From a virus: DNA of 64,000 bases. The notes under the pieces were generated by a model. The model made no database searches. It was not told where the DNA came from and saw only the letters and a list, made by a program, of their open reading frames with translations. The first letter of the stretch is position 1. Every line of letters begins with the position of its first letter. The stretch spans positions 5,749 to 69,748 of the IMG/VR virus record IMGVR_UViG_3300021185_002518; one strand, written 5' to 3'. Of this stretch, positions 7,032 through 16,516 are shown piece by piece. The position numbers and the translations under genes were made by a program.

Positions 7032-7325
7032 ATGACATACTTATATTACAAGACTAGTACATATACTAGCAACCAAAAACCGAATGAAAAAGAAATTAAA
7101 CAGTGGAACCATTTAGCTAACAAAGCTAATTGGAGAATAACTCAACTGCCAAATGGATTTTTCCAAACTGAATGTTTAACTCCTGATAGTGAAGATACAT
7201 GGCAAGACGTCACTAGAAGAGAAACTATAGAAGGAGCTGAAGCTGCAATTGACGGAAGTATCGATCACTTTGCTAAAAAGCTAGAAGCAACCAAAGGACC
7301 TAAGGTCGTTAAAACATTCAAATAG
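7032..7325 (+). CDS. hypothetical protein
   Basis: ORF track, upstream of groEL. Confidence 0.75.
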   Translation: MTYLYYKTSTYTSNQKPNEKEIKQWNHLANKANWRITQLPNGFFQTECLTPDSEDTWQDVTRRETIEGAEAAIDGSIDHFAKKLEATKGPKVVKTFK

Positions 7326-7351
7326 TATACAATAAAATTAAATTTAATTAA

Positions 7352-8917
7352 ATGGAATATAACCAACCCAGCGAACTCATCAAAGAGCTAAACTTTGGTG
7401 ACGAAGCTAAAAGTAAAATAATTGCGGGTGTAGATAAATTAGCGAAAGCTGTAAAGTCTACTCTAGGAGCATCTGGCAAGTGTGTAATATACGAAGATGC
7501 TAGAGGCAACCCGGTCATCACAAAAGACGGTGTAACAGTAGCCGAATCTGTTGTCTTATATGACCCGGTTGAAAACCTCGGTGCTACTCTAATTAAAGAA
7601 GCCGCTAAAAATACAGTGAAGGAAGCAGGTGACGGTACCACAACGGCAACCGTCCTTGCTGAAGCACTACTAAAAGAAGTTAACAAAGACAAGTACAAAG
7701 ACTTTTCTACACGTTTTATGAAACAAGGCATAAATTCTGCTTTGGAAAAAGTAACAAAACACCTAACAAACAAAGCTATAGCTGTAAAAGGTACTATGTT
7801 AAAAGACGTTAGTAGTATAAGTTGTAATAATGATGGTGAATTAGGAGCTATTATAGCTGAAGCTTACGAAAAAGTAGGTAAAGATGGCGTTGTGTTTATG
7901 GAGACATCAGAAACAGATGAAACATATGTTGATATTGTTGATGGTGTGCAGTTTGATTGTGGTATAACATCACCACACTTCCTTACAGATACTGAAAAAC
8001 ATGAAGCTGTGCTTGAAGATCCACTAGTTTTAATAGTCGGTAGTAAAATACCTAACATACGTAAGATACAACCTATACTAGAACACGTTATAAAGCACAA
8101 AAAAGAGCTACTTATAGTAGCAGAAGTTGATCAACAGCTAAAATCAGCCCTTATGATGAACAAAGTAAAGGGTAATATTAAGGTAAACATTATAGATTTA
8201 CCAGGTTTTGGTCAAAACAAGCAAGACACAGTACAAGATCTAGCATTTTTAACTGGAGCAACGGTAATAAACGAAGAATTAGGTGATGATATGGACTTAA
8301 TCACTGTTGATTGCCTTGGAAAAGCAGAAAAATCTGTTACAAACGCTAAAAATACCGTTATAACTACATTAGAATTAGAAATAGATCTTGAAGAACGTAT
8401 AAAAACTGTAAAAAAAGCCATAAAAAACGAAAAAAATCCGTTTTTGCAAAAAAAGCTTAAAGACAGGCTTGCAATGCTAACAGGAAAAGTTGGTATGGTG
8501 CGAGTTGGCGCTGTATCTAAGGTAGAATTAAAAGAAAAGAAAGATAGAGTAGAAGATGCAATATATGCTACTAAAGCTGCTTTGAAAGAAGGTATAGTTC
8601 CAGGTGGTGGTGTAGCACTATTAAATGCTGCTCAAGAAATAATACCTGAAGGTTGGGGTGAAGAAGCTCTGCTAAGAGCTATAAGAGCACCTTTTTATAC
8701 TATATTAGATAATGCAGGTATAGACAATGTAGATGAACCGTCATCAGGTGAAGGAATAGATGTAACAAACGGAAATGTACATGCTATGGTTAAACATGGT
8801 ATTATAGATCCAGTGCTTGTTACTAAGTCAGCACTTAAAAATGCGGTAAGTGTTGTAACTACTATTATATCTGCAGATTGTATAATTTCAAATATGAGAG
8901 GAAATGAAAGCAGTTAA
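7352..8917 (+). CDS. groEL: chaperonin GroEL (Cpn60)
   Basis: ITKDGVTVA, AGDGTTTATVLA, GIVPGGG, GIIDP motifs; no GGM tail. Confidence 0.97.
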   Translation: MEYNQPSELIKELNFGDEAKSKIIAGVDKLAKAVKSTLGASGKCVIYEDARGNPVITKDGVTVAESVVLYDPVENLGATLIKEAAKNTVKEAGDGTTTATVLAEALLKEVNKDKYKDFSTRFMKQGINSALEKVTKHLTNKAIAVKGTMLKDVSSISCNNDGELGAIIAEAYEKVGKDGVVFMETSETDETYVDIVDGVQFDCGITSPHFLTDTEKHEAVLEDPLVLIVGSKIPNIRKIQPILEHVIKHKKELLIVAEVDQQLKSALMMNKVKGNIKVNIIDLPGFGQNKQDTVQDLAFLTGATVINEELGDDMDLITVDCLGKAEKSVTNAKNTVITTLELEIDLEERIKTVKKAIKNEKNPFLQKKLKDRLAMLTGKVGMVRVGAVSKVELKEKKDRVEDAIYATKAALKEGIVPGGGVALLNAAQEIIPEGWGEEALLRAIRAPFYTILDNAGIDNVDEPSSGEGIDVTNGNVHAMVKHGIIDPVLVTKSALKNAVSVVTTIISADCIISNMRGNESS

Positions 8918-9164
8918 CCATTATATAATCGTAGAAAAAATAAAACAAGGGCCAAAGAAAGTTGGTGGGCTTATACTTACAGAAGATATAGACGAGGACA
9001 ATAGGTATATAAAGGCTAATGTAATATCTGTTGGTAACCTTGTAGAAGGAATTAAAGACAATGATATTGTCTATTATGACAAACATGCTGGACATGGAGT
9101 TCAGTATAAAGAAACATTATATCACGTTATCAGATCTGGTGACGTGGTACTAATTGATACCTAA
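8904..9164 (+). CDS. groES: co-chaperonin GroES (Cpn10)
   Basis: GGLIL mobile loop, VISVG, 86 aa, overlaps groEL. Confidence 0.9.
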   Translation: MKAVNHYIIVEKIKQGPKKVGGLILTEDIDEDNRYIKANVISVGNLVEGIKDNDIVYYDKHAGHGVQYKETLYHVIRSGDVVLIDT

Positions 9165-9228
9165 ACCATAAACCAAAACCTTAAACTTAAAACTTAAAAC
9201 AAATTATTAATTAAAAAAAAAGAAAAAA

Positions 9229-9639
9229 ATGAAAAATTTTTTGTATTTTAGAACAGACGCTGCTGTTGCTGATGATGATGGCTCAGGAAATTCAGTTTTA
9301 TTTCCAGCTACTTCTTTTAGAGGCGCAGAAATGTCAGCTGACACTACTATAGTGTTAAGCTTTGATCCTTCAAAAAGACCAGGTGATACTGGTGTTGCTG
9401 GAGCTGCGGATAGCGCTGCTAATTTACCTTTAGTAGATACTGTAGTTCTTAATATTACAGCTAACAAAGGTAAAGAAGTTTTAGAAGCTATTGTTGGTGC
9501 TATGAATGCTGGATTAAACTCTGGTTTTGTTGTAGTTGCTGATGATGCTGCTGACGCTGCTGGAGGTACTCAGTATATATCTTCTGATATTACATCTTGT
9601 GGTGCAATTACAATCAACGCTGCTTTAACTAACTCTTAA
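9229..9639 (+). CDS. hypothetical Ala/Asp/Gly-rich protein, possible virion component
   Basis: ORF track; composition. Confidence 0.65.
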   Translation: MKNFLYFRTDAAVADDDGSGNSVLFPATSFRGAEMSADTTIVLSFDPSKRPGDTGVAGAADSAANLPLVDTVVLNITANKGKEVLEAIVGAMNAGLNSGFVVVADDAADAAGGTQYISSDITSCGAITINAALTNS

Positions 9640-9645
9640 TAGTAG

Positions 9646-10086
9646 TTGAGATTAACCGCGCAAGATTTGCGTGAAATGAATATCCTTAAGTATTACAGGC
9701 TCACAAGAAAGTGGGCTTGTAAGACTTACGGGATTTTAGACGCAGACTTAGAATTATTATTTTATTTAGATTGTGAAAAAAGATTCACACGAAAAGATTT
9801 CATGGACGGAGCATACACATTTTCTTGGGACAAAGCAAGGTGGGACAGGCTTAGGCAAGATGGCTGGGTAGATGTATGGAGACATAGAAATCGTACCACT
9901 ATAAAGTATAGTGTGTATCAAACATCATATAGATGTAAACAATTAATAAATAGAATATATCGTATATTATTAGGTGAAGAAGACATGCCTACATCTGATC
10001 GTAGTGTATTCTATAATAACAAATCATATACAGACAAGGTTTATAATAAAGCTATAGATGATATGATTAAAGATAAAAATAGATAA
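9646..10086 (+). CDS. hypothetical protein, possible winged-helix DNA-binding
   Basis: ORF track (TTG start); TAATG coupling to next gene. Confidence 0.6.
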   Translation: MRLTAQDLREMNILKYYRLTRKWACKTYGILDADLELLFYLDCEKRFTRKDFMDGAYTFSWDKARWDRLRQDGWVDVWRHRNRTTIKYSVYQTSYRCKQLINRIYRILLGEEDMPTSDRSVFYNNKSYTDKVYNKAIDDMIKDKNR

Positions 10087-10448
10087 TGCCTTATATTCAA
10101 AAAAACAATCCTTATCCAGTTACAAGTTGTGGTAGACGTAGAACGTTTATGCAAGGTGGTGATCCTGGAGATGATAGAACTAAAGAAAGTCCTTTTGGTA
10201 AAAGAATAAGAAAAACAACAAAAGGTAAGGGGCGTAATTTTAGAAGTACATCAGAAGGTGCTGGTATGACAGCAAAGGGTGTCAAGGCATACAAAAGAGC
10301 AAACCCAGGTAGTAAGTTAAAAACTGCAGTTACTGGTAAAGTAAAAGCTGGTAGTAAAGCCGCTGGGCGTAGAAAATCATTTTGTGCAAGATCAAAAGGT
10401 TGGACAGGTGAAAGGGGTAAAGCCGCTAGACGTAGATGGAGATGTTAA
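10086..10448 (+). CDS. basic phage protein with RRKSFCAR motif
   Basis: NPGSKLKTAVT...RRKSFCAR...W C-terminal motif common in marine phages. Confidence 0.7.
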   Translation: MPYIQKNNPYPVTSCGRRRTFMQGGDPGDDRTKESPFGKRIRKTTKGKGRNFRSTSEGAGMTAKGVKAYKRANPGSKLKTAVTGKVKAGSKAAGRRKSFCARSKGWTGERGKAARRRWRC

Positions 10449-10465
10449 ATAACAAAACTAATAAT

Positions 10466-10618
10466 ATGAAAAAAGAATATACACCGTTTAAAATGAAAAA
10501 CGCTAACTCACCTGCAAAATGCTGGAAGACACACAAAAAAGTAGGTATGAAAAAATCGCCATCAGGAAGAACTAAAAATGGCAAGGTGGTTATGGTTAAT
10601 GATTGTGTTAAAAAATAA
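10466..10618 (+). CDS. small basic protein (PFKMK...SPAK-CW...DCVK)
   Basis: Start reassigned to ATG 10466; TAATG coupling. Confidence 0.6.
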   Translation: MKKEYTPFKMKNANSPAKCWKTHKKVGMKKSPSGRTKNGKVVMVNDCVKK

Positions 10619-11037
10619 TGGGATTTAAACTAGGATCAGAAAAAGGCAATAATGCTGTTGGTGGTGAAATACGTAGAAAAATGCGTTTTGGTAAAGAAGC
10701 TGGTGGTGATGCATCTGTGCCAGGCACGCCTGTTATAAGAAAAAATTTAGAACCTGGTATTATGGGCGAGGCTAATATGGACGGCAGTATATTTATAAGT
10801 AATAAAATACAACCAGGTAGCTTTGAAGAAAGACAGGTTTTAAATCATGAGATGGTACATGCTACACAAATGCGTACAGGTAAATTAGAGTATGGTGATA
10901 ACTTTGTTAAGTATGATGGTGTTACATACCCAAGAGAGACTAGAAATGGTAGAGATATGATTAAAATAGATGGTAAATGGACTGAGGCTGGTGGAAACTT
11001 TCCTTGGGAAAAAGATGCTAATTATGGAAATATTTAA
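10618..11037 (+). CDS. zincin-like metallopeptidase
   Basis: VLNHEMVH (HExxH) plus downstream PWEKDA glutamate. Confidence 0.7.
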   Translation: MGFKLGSEKGNNAVGGEIRRKMRFGKEAGGDASVPGTPVIRKNLEPGIMGEANMDGSIFISNKIQPGSFEERQVLNHEMVHATQMRTGKLEYGDNFVKYDGVTYPRETRNGRDMIKIDGKWTEAGGNFPWEKDANYGNI

Positions 11038-11236
11038 AGACAACAACGATTGGAATGAGAAATCTGTAGTGGGTTTTATTGCATTTGCAATAATGTGTGT
11101 GATTATGATAGTAGATCTTATAACCGGTTGGTTAGGTAGAGATCTAATGATTAATGAATTTGTATACGATTCGTTTGTACTTGTGGTGTTAGGTTGCTTC
11201 GGTATAAGTGGCGTGGAAAAATTCGCAAAAAAATAA
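11024..11236 (+). CDS. small two-TM membrane protein (holin-like)
   Basis: Two hydrophobic helices, basic C-terminus; start at ATG 11024. Confidence 0.6.
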   Translation: MEIFKDNNDWNEKSVVGFIAFAIMCVIMIVDLITGWLGRDLMINEFVYDSFVLVVLGCFGISGVEKFAKK

Positions 11237-11241
11237 AAGAT

Positions 11242-11421
11242 ATGTCATTTAAAATGAAAAATAAAAAAGATTTTGACTTTGGTAACAAAGGTAATTTTAA
11301 ATTTAACAAGAAAAACGATTACTCAGCGGACCCTGCAAGAGATTATTCACCTGAAAACATAAGCACTAGAAAAACTGAAGGCACACTAAAAGAGCAAAAG
11401 AAATTAAGAGATGCTAGGTAA
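11242..11421 (+). CDS. small basic protein (MSFKMK), shares a motif with the giant protein
   Basis: Start reassigned to ATG 11242; FxFNKKxDYS motif. Confidence 0.6.
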   Translation: MSFKMKNKKDFDFGNKGNFKFNKKNDYSADPARDYSPENISTRKTEGTLKEQKKLRDAR

Positions 11422-11797
11422 ACTATTTTCAGGTGGAGCAACAGAACTTATAAAAGGTGTTGGCGGTGTAATAGACAATCTACATACTTCTGGTGAGGAA
11501 AAACTAGAAGCAGAACAAAAAATAAAAGAATTAATAGCTAACTACGAAGTTGAGATGGAAAAGAATATCACATCTCGCTGGGAAGCGGATATGAAGAGTG
11601 ATTCGTGGCTAAGCAAAAATGTTCGACCGCTAGTATTAATATTTTTAGTAGTATGTACTATGCTAATAATATTTGTTGATGCTGGTAAACTTAACTTTAA
11701 CGTAAAAGATTCTTACATAGACCTTTTGCAATTAGTATTAATAACTGTGATCGGTGCTTATTTTGGCGGTAGATCATTAGAAAAAGTAAAAAAATAA
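11411..11797 (+). CDS. holin, GTA-type 3TM family
   Basis: RWEADMKSDSWLSKNVRP...YFGGRSLEK signature; TM helices. Confidence 0.8.
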   Translation: MLGKLFSGGATELIKGVGGVIDNLHTSGEEKLEAEQKIKELIANYEVEMEKNITSRWEADMKSDSWLSKNVRPLVLIFLVVCTMLIIFVDAGKLNFNVKDSYIDLLQLVLITVIGAYFGGRSLEKVKK

Positions 11798-11800
11798 ATT

Positions 11801-12193
11801 ATGGGATTAAATTCAACAGAAGTAGCATATGGCTTTGGACAACACGGAAGTGGTCATTCAAAAACTGCAGCTAACACTTTATACGCACCTACTGGAAAGG
11901 TAATTGTAGCTATAGCTTGTTTAGATTCAGTTTCATTTTCAGCTTTAGTAGCTGATACTACGTATGTAAATGTAACAACAAGCGCAGCATTAGAAGATGG
12001 TGTTGCTTACTTTGGGTCAGGTACGCAGGTTTTACCTAACGGTGAAGATAACGATGGAGACACTGTAACAAGTGAGGCAATAGCAGCAACAGTGGTTTTT
12101 CCAAAAGGATCTACTATTTATGGCAGATGGACACGAGTATCATTACAAGCAAACGCGACTAGCGGTATTATAGTTTATTACGGTCCAAAATAA
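11801..12193 (+). CDS. putative virion structural protein
   Basis: beta-rich; FPKGSTIYGRWT motif. Confidence 0.6.
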   Translation: MGLNSTEVAYGFGQHGSGHSKTAANTLYAPTGKVIVAIACLDSVSFSALVADTTYVNVTTSAALEDGVAYFGSGTQVLPNGEDNDGDTVTSEAIAATVVFPKGSTIYGRWTRVSLQANATSGIIVYYGPK

Positions 12194-12993
12194 TGTTAGG
12201 ACTAGGTAACAGCATAATATCTGGTAGCTATCCATCTTGGTCACCCGAAGATATAGACAACCTAACGCTTTGGCTTGGTGTTAACACAAATATACTTGCG
12301 AATCAAGATGCTAGTAATAACACTATATCTCACTCATCTAATGCAGGTGACATGGACGATGACGATCAAATTAACAGATGGGACGCTAATGGTAGTACTA
12401 CTATAGATGCAATACAAACTACACAAGCTGACAAGCCTAGATGGGAAACAGATGCTAATGATCTTGGTGGAGTAAATTTTAAAGCTGGTTTAAAGTTTAT
12501 GGACTTAGATACACAGATAAATTGTACTGGTGCTTGTAGCTTTGTAATTAGATTAAAACCTACAAATTTTAACGCTGTTAGAGCTATTTTAGGATCTACA
12601 AATACTGAATTTTTACAGTATCAATCTAGCGCGCAAATTAGAATAAAAGTCGATAATAATCAAATTAACTTTACACACGACACTGAAACTATACCAACAA
12701 ATAAGTACAGCGTACTTACGTTAACTAGAAATTCTAGCAACCAATGGAATGCATACATTAAAGTTCTAGGTGCATTATCTACAGAGAAACAATGGGGAGA
12801 TGCTAATCAATACGAAAATGCTAGTGATACAAGTCAAGCTGGTACTTTTACAGTGACTAATCTTGGTTGCAAAGCAGATGATAGTGCTAACTTTGATGGC
12901 TTTATAAAAGACGTACTTATTTACAACGGAACAGCTTTAAGCTCGGCTGAAAGAGCTGACATTTTTGATTACATAAAAGATCAAGATTATTAA
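12193..12993 (+). CDS. LamG/concanavalin-A-like domain protein (virion appendage)
   Basis: MLGLGNS start, LTLWL, FDGFIKDVLIYNGTALS motifs. Confidence 0.7.
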   Translation: MLGLGNSIISGSYPSWSPEDIDNLTLWLGVNTNILANQDASNNTISHSSNAGDMDDDDQINRWDANGSTTIDAIQTTQADKPRWETDANDLGGVNFKAGLKFMDLDTQINCTGACSFVIRLKPTNFNAVRAILGSTNTEFLQYQSSAQIRIKVDNNQINFTHDTETIPTNKYSVLTLTRNSSNQWNAYIKVLGALSTEKQWGDANQYENASDTSQAGTFTVTNLGCKADDSANFDGFIKDVLIYNGTALSSAERADIFDYIKDQDY

Positions 12994-13019
12994 ATAACAA
13001 TTAACTTAAATTAAATAAA

Positions 13020-13292
13020 ATGGGAAAAAAGAAAGAAAAGGTTGTAGACCTTAAACCTACATCAGTTACAGAAGAACAACTAAAAAACATACAAGATATA
13101 GTTTCACCTATTAATAATATACAAATGGAAATAGGTAGAATCGAGTCTAGAAAACATGCGCTATGTCACGATGTCATAGAGTTACAGTCAAGACTTAAGG
13201 TTGTTCAAAAAGAACTAGAAGAACAATACGGTACCGTTAATGTTAATATACAAACTGGAGAGATAAACTACGATGTCGAAGCTAATTCGTAA
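13020..13292 (+). CDS. hypothetical coiled-coil protein
   Basis: ORF track; LEEQYGTVNVNIQTG. Confidence 0.7.
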   Translation: MGKKKEKVVDLKPTSVTEEQLKNIQDIVSPINNIQMEIGRIESRKHALCHDVIELQSRLKVVQKELEEQYGTVNVNIQTGEINYDVEANS

Positions 13293-13494
13293 AATATCTA
13301 TAGGTAAAGATTATAAGAATGACGCCATGCACTATGCCGTTGGGCAAGAAGTGTATGGTGGTCATACTATCTGTGATATTATAGAGGAAGATGAGAAGTT
13401 TAGTGTTTATATTAAAAAAGGTAAAGATGTGTTACCATGGAAAGATTTTAATAAAAACATGGCTGTATCTGTAGAGTATAACCTAACATACTAA
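13273..13494 (+). CDS. hypothetical protein of the terminase operon
   Basis: ORF track; overlapping coupling. Confidence 0.7.
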   Translation: MSKLIRKISIGKDYKNDAMHYAVGQEVYGGHTICDIIEEDEKFSVYIKKGKDVLPWKDFNKNMAVSVEYNLTY

Positions 13495-14084
13495 TGAAAG
13501 GTGTTTACAACTTTGTTGTAGCTCCTTTAAAATCTAGATATAATAACACTAAAAATATTGATGGTAACGAGCTTATAGTTAATACAGGTATTTTTAATCA
13601 CCATTATGTTAGTAGAGAAGCTATAGTCAAACAAATTCCTACTGTAGGTGTAACAGATATAAATATAGGAGACACGGTGATAGTACATCACAATGTGTTT
13701 AGAAGATGGCACAATCAGTACGGTGTCGAAAAAAATAGTAGAAGTTATTTTGACGATGAAACATATTTAGTTACTAGTGATCAAATATTTCTATATAAAA
13801 CAAAAGACGTTTGGAAGCCACAGAAAGGATATTGCTTTGTAATACCTTTAAAGCAAACAGACAGCTTTAGTGTTGAGTCTGAAAAACCACTACAAGGTAT
13901 AGTCAAGTATTCAGATGGAACTGTTGAGGTTGGAGATTTAATAGGTTTCAAACCAAGCAGCGAATATGAGTTTATCGTTGATGGCGAAAAGCTATATAGG
14001 GTATTATCTAATTTTATTACAATCAAATATGAACATCAAGGAAACGAAAAAAAATATAATCCAAGCTGGGCACAAAGCAGTTGA
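13494..14084 (+). CDS. tandem GroES-like fold protein
   Basis: Two repeats ending INIGDTVIVH and VEVGDLIGF...EFIVDGEKLYRV. Confidence 0.55.
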   Translation: MKGVYNFVVAPLKSRYNNTKNIDGNELIVNTGIFNHHYVSREAIVKQIPTVGVTDINIGDTVIVHHNVFRRWHNQYGVEKNSRSYFDDETYLVTSDQIFLYKTKDVWKPQKGYCFVIPLKQTDSFSVESEKPLQGIVKYSDGTVEVGDLIGFKPSSEYEFIVDGEKLYRVLSNFITIKYEHQGNEKKYNPSWAQSS

Positions 14085-14301
14085 AGAGTTAATTAAAGTT
14101 GCTAAAGAAGCTATTGTAGATTCTGACGATGACATATCAGCTGACAGGTTAAAAAATGCTGCAGCAACAAAAAAGCTAGCTATATTTGATGCTTTTGAAA
14201 TACTTAACAGAATACAAGAAGAAGAGAATATACTAGAGGGTAAAGAAACTAAAACCGAAGTTAAAGTATTTAAAGGTTTTGCAGAGGGTAGATCTAAATA
14301 A
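14029..14301 (+). CDS. putative terminase small subunit
   Basis: Helical 90-aa protein coupled (TAATG) to terL; positional inference. Confidence 0.45.
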   Translation: MNIKETKKNIIQAGHKAVEELIKVAKEAIVDSDDDISADRLKNAAATKKLAIFDAFEILNRIQEEENILEGKETKTEVKVFKGFAEGRSK

Positions 14302-16514
14302 TGTACGAACAAAGTTTATACAGTATTGTAGAACCTATAAAAAAGACTACTATAAGTAGACTTAATAAGGGTAAAAAGTGGAAGTATGGTTACAACAAAG
14401 AACACGATCTTGTTGTTATATCTAAGACTGGTGAGATAGGTGATATATACGAGATACAAAACTTTCAAATAGCGCTACCTAAAGAGCGTAGTGTGTATAG
14501 CAACAAAGAAAAAAAATGGAAACAGTTTGAATATCCAAAAGAATTAGGTAGACTTAAAAATATATTTGACTGGCGTAGTTATCCTGAAGAAAAGAAAGCT
14601 GACTGGTTTGACTATATAGATGAAGAGTTTAAACGTAGAGAACAAGGTTTCTGGTTTAACAACAACGGTAAAGCAACATATATAACAGGTACACATTATA
14701 TGTACTTGCAGTGGAGCAAGATTGATGTGGGCGCACCAGACTTTAGAGAAGCTAATAGATTATTCTATATATTTTGGGAAGCTTGCAAAGCAGATAAAAG
14801 ATGTTATGGTATGTGTTACCTTAAAAACAGAAGATCTGGTTTTTCTTTTATGTCATCAGCTGAAACAGTTAACCAAGCTACAATATCAAGTGATGCAAGA
14901 TTTGGAATACTATCTAAAACAGGTGCTGATGCAAAGAAAATGTTTACAGATAAAGTAGTACCTATTAGTATTAATTATCCATTTTTCTTCTCACCTATTC
15001 AAGATGGTATGGATAGACCAAAGTCAGAGCTAGCATATAGAGTTCCTGCTAGTAAGTTTACAAGAAAGAAAATAACCGCAAACGAAAAGCTAGAAGATTT
15101 AGAAGGACTAGACACAACGATAGACTGGAAGAACACGGGTGATAATAGCTATGATGGTGAAAAGCTAAAGTTATTAGTTCATGATGAAAGTGGTAAGTGG
15201 GAAAGACCCGATAATATATTAAATAACTGGAGAGTTACAAAAACATGTTTACGATTAGGTAGTAGGATTATAGGTAAATGTATGATGGGCTCAACATCAA
15301 ACGCATTAGATAAAGGTGGAGAAAACTTTAAAAAATTATATGCAGCATCTGACGTTACTAAGCGAAACAGAAATGGACAAACAGCGTCTGGCTTGTATTC
15401 TCTCTTTATCCCAATGGAGTGGAATTACGAAGGATTTATTGACGAGTACGGAATTCCAGTCTTTGATAATCCAGACTATGATGTACTCGACCCACACGGA
15501 GAGTTAATAGACGTAGGTGTAGTAGAAAACTGGCAGAACGAAGCTGATGGGTTAAAGGGAGATCAAGATGCGTTGAATGAATTTTACAGACAGTTTCCAA
15601 GAACTACAGAACACGCGTTTAGAGATGAAACAAAGAATAGTATATTTAATTTAGTAAAAATATACGAACAAATAGATTACAATGAAGAAATGTCTAGAAC
15701 ACTAGGTATTACTAAAGGTAATTTTCAATGGGTGAATGGTGTAAAAGATTCTAAAGTAATATTTTACCCAGATCCAAAAGGTAGATTTAAAGTAAGCTGG
15801 ACACCACCTCAACAGTTGCAAAACAAAGTTGTAATTAAAAACGGTGTGAAACATCCAGGCAACGAACATATGGGTGCTTTTGGCTGCGATAGCTACGATA
15901 TATCAGGTACCGTCGATGGCGTCGGCTCCAAAGGTGCACTCCATGGATTAACTAGGTTTAGCATGGAGGACGCTCCTGCTAACCAGTTCTTCTTAGAATA
16001 TTTAGCTAGACCACAAACAGCAGAGATATTCTTTGAAGACGTTCTAATGGCATTAGTGTTTTATGGGATGCCAATACTTGCAGAGAACAACAAGCCTCGT
16101 TTATTGTACTATTTACGAAGACGTGGTTATAGAGGTTTTAGTATGAATAGACCTGACAAAATATGGAATAAATTATCTGTAGCTGAAAAAGAAATAGGTG
16201 GTATGCCTAACTCTAGTGAAGATATAAAACAAGCCCACGCTGCTGCTATCGAAATGTACATACAAGATAACGTTGGTTTACAACAAGATGGTAGTATTGG
16301 TAGTTGTTATTTTAACGAGCTACTAAATGACTGGGCAAAGTTTGATATAAATAAAAGAACAAAGCATGATGCGTCTATTAGTTCTGGTTTAGCTATAATG
16401 GCTAATAATAGACATCTTTATAGACCAAATGCACCGATACAAAAACCTAAACTAAACTTAAGTATTGCTAAGTATTCAAACAACGGTAGTACATCTAAAT
16501 TAATTAAAAAATAA
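14301..16514 (+). CDS. terL: terminase large subunit
   Basis: KNRRSGFS Walker A-like, LLVHDESGKW Walker B, GSTSN, GCDSYD nuclease; precedes portal. Confidence 0.93.
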   Translation: MYEQSLYSIVEPIKKTTISRLNKGKKWKYGYNKEHDLVVISKTGEIGDIYEIQNFQIALPKERSVYSNKEKKWKQFEYPKELGRLKNIFDWRSYPEEKKADWFDYIDEEFKRREQGFWFNNNGKATYITGTHYMYLQWSKIDVGAPDFREANRLFYIFWEACKADKRCYGMCYLKNRRSGFSFMSSAETVNQATISSDARFGILSKTGADAKKMFTDKVVPISINYPFFFSPIQDGMDRPKSELAYRVPASKFTRKKITANEKLEDLEGLDTTIDWKNTGDNSYDGEKLKLLVHDESGKWERPDNILNNWRVTKTCLRLGSRIIGKCMMGSTSNALDKGGENFKKLYAASDVTKRNRNGQTASGLYSLFIPMEWNYEGFIDEYGIPVFDNPDYDVLDPHGELIDVGVVENWQNEADGLKGDQDALNEFYRQFPRTTEHAFRDETKNSIFNLVKIYEQIDYNEEMSRTLGITKGNFQWVNGVKDSKVIFYPDPKGRFKVSWTPPQQLQNKVVIKNGVKHPGNEHMGAFGCDSYDISGTVDGVGSKGALHGLTRFSMEDAPANQFFLEYLARPQTAEIFFEDVLMALVFYGMPILAENNKPRLLYYLRRRGYRGFSMNRPDKIWNKLSVAEKEIGGMPNSSEDIKQAHAAAIEMYIQDNVGLQQDGSIGSCYFNELLNDWAKFDINKRTKHDASISSGLAIMANNRHLYRPNAPIQKPKLNLSIAKYSNNGSTSKLIKK

Positions 16515-16516
16515 AT

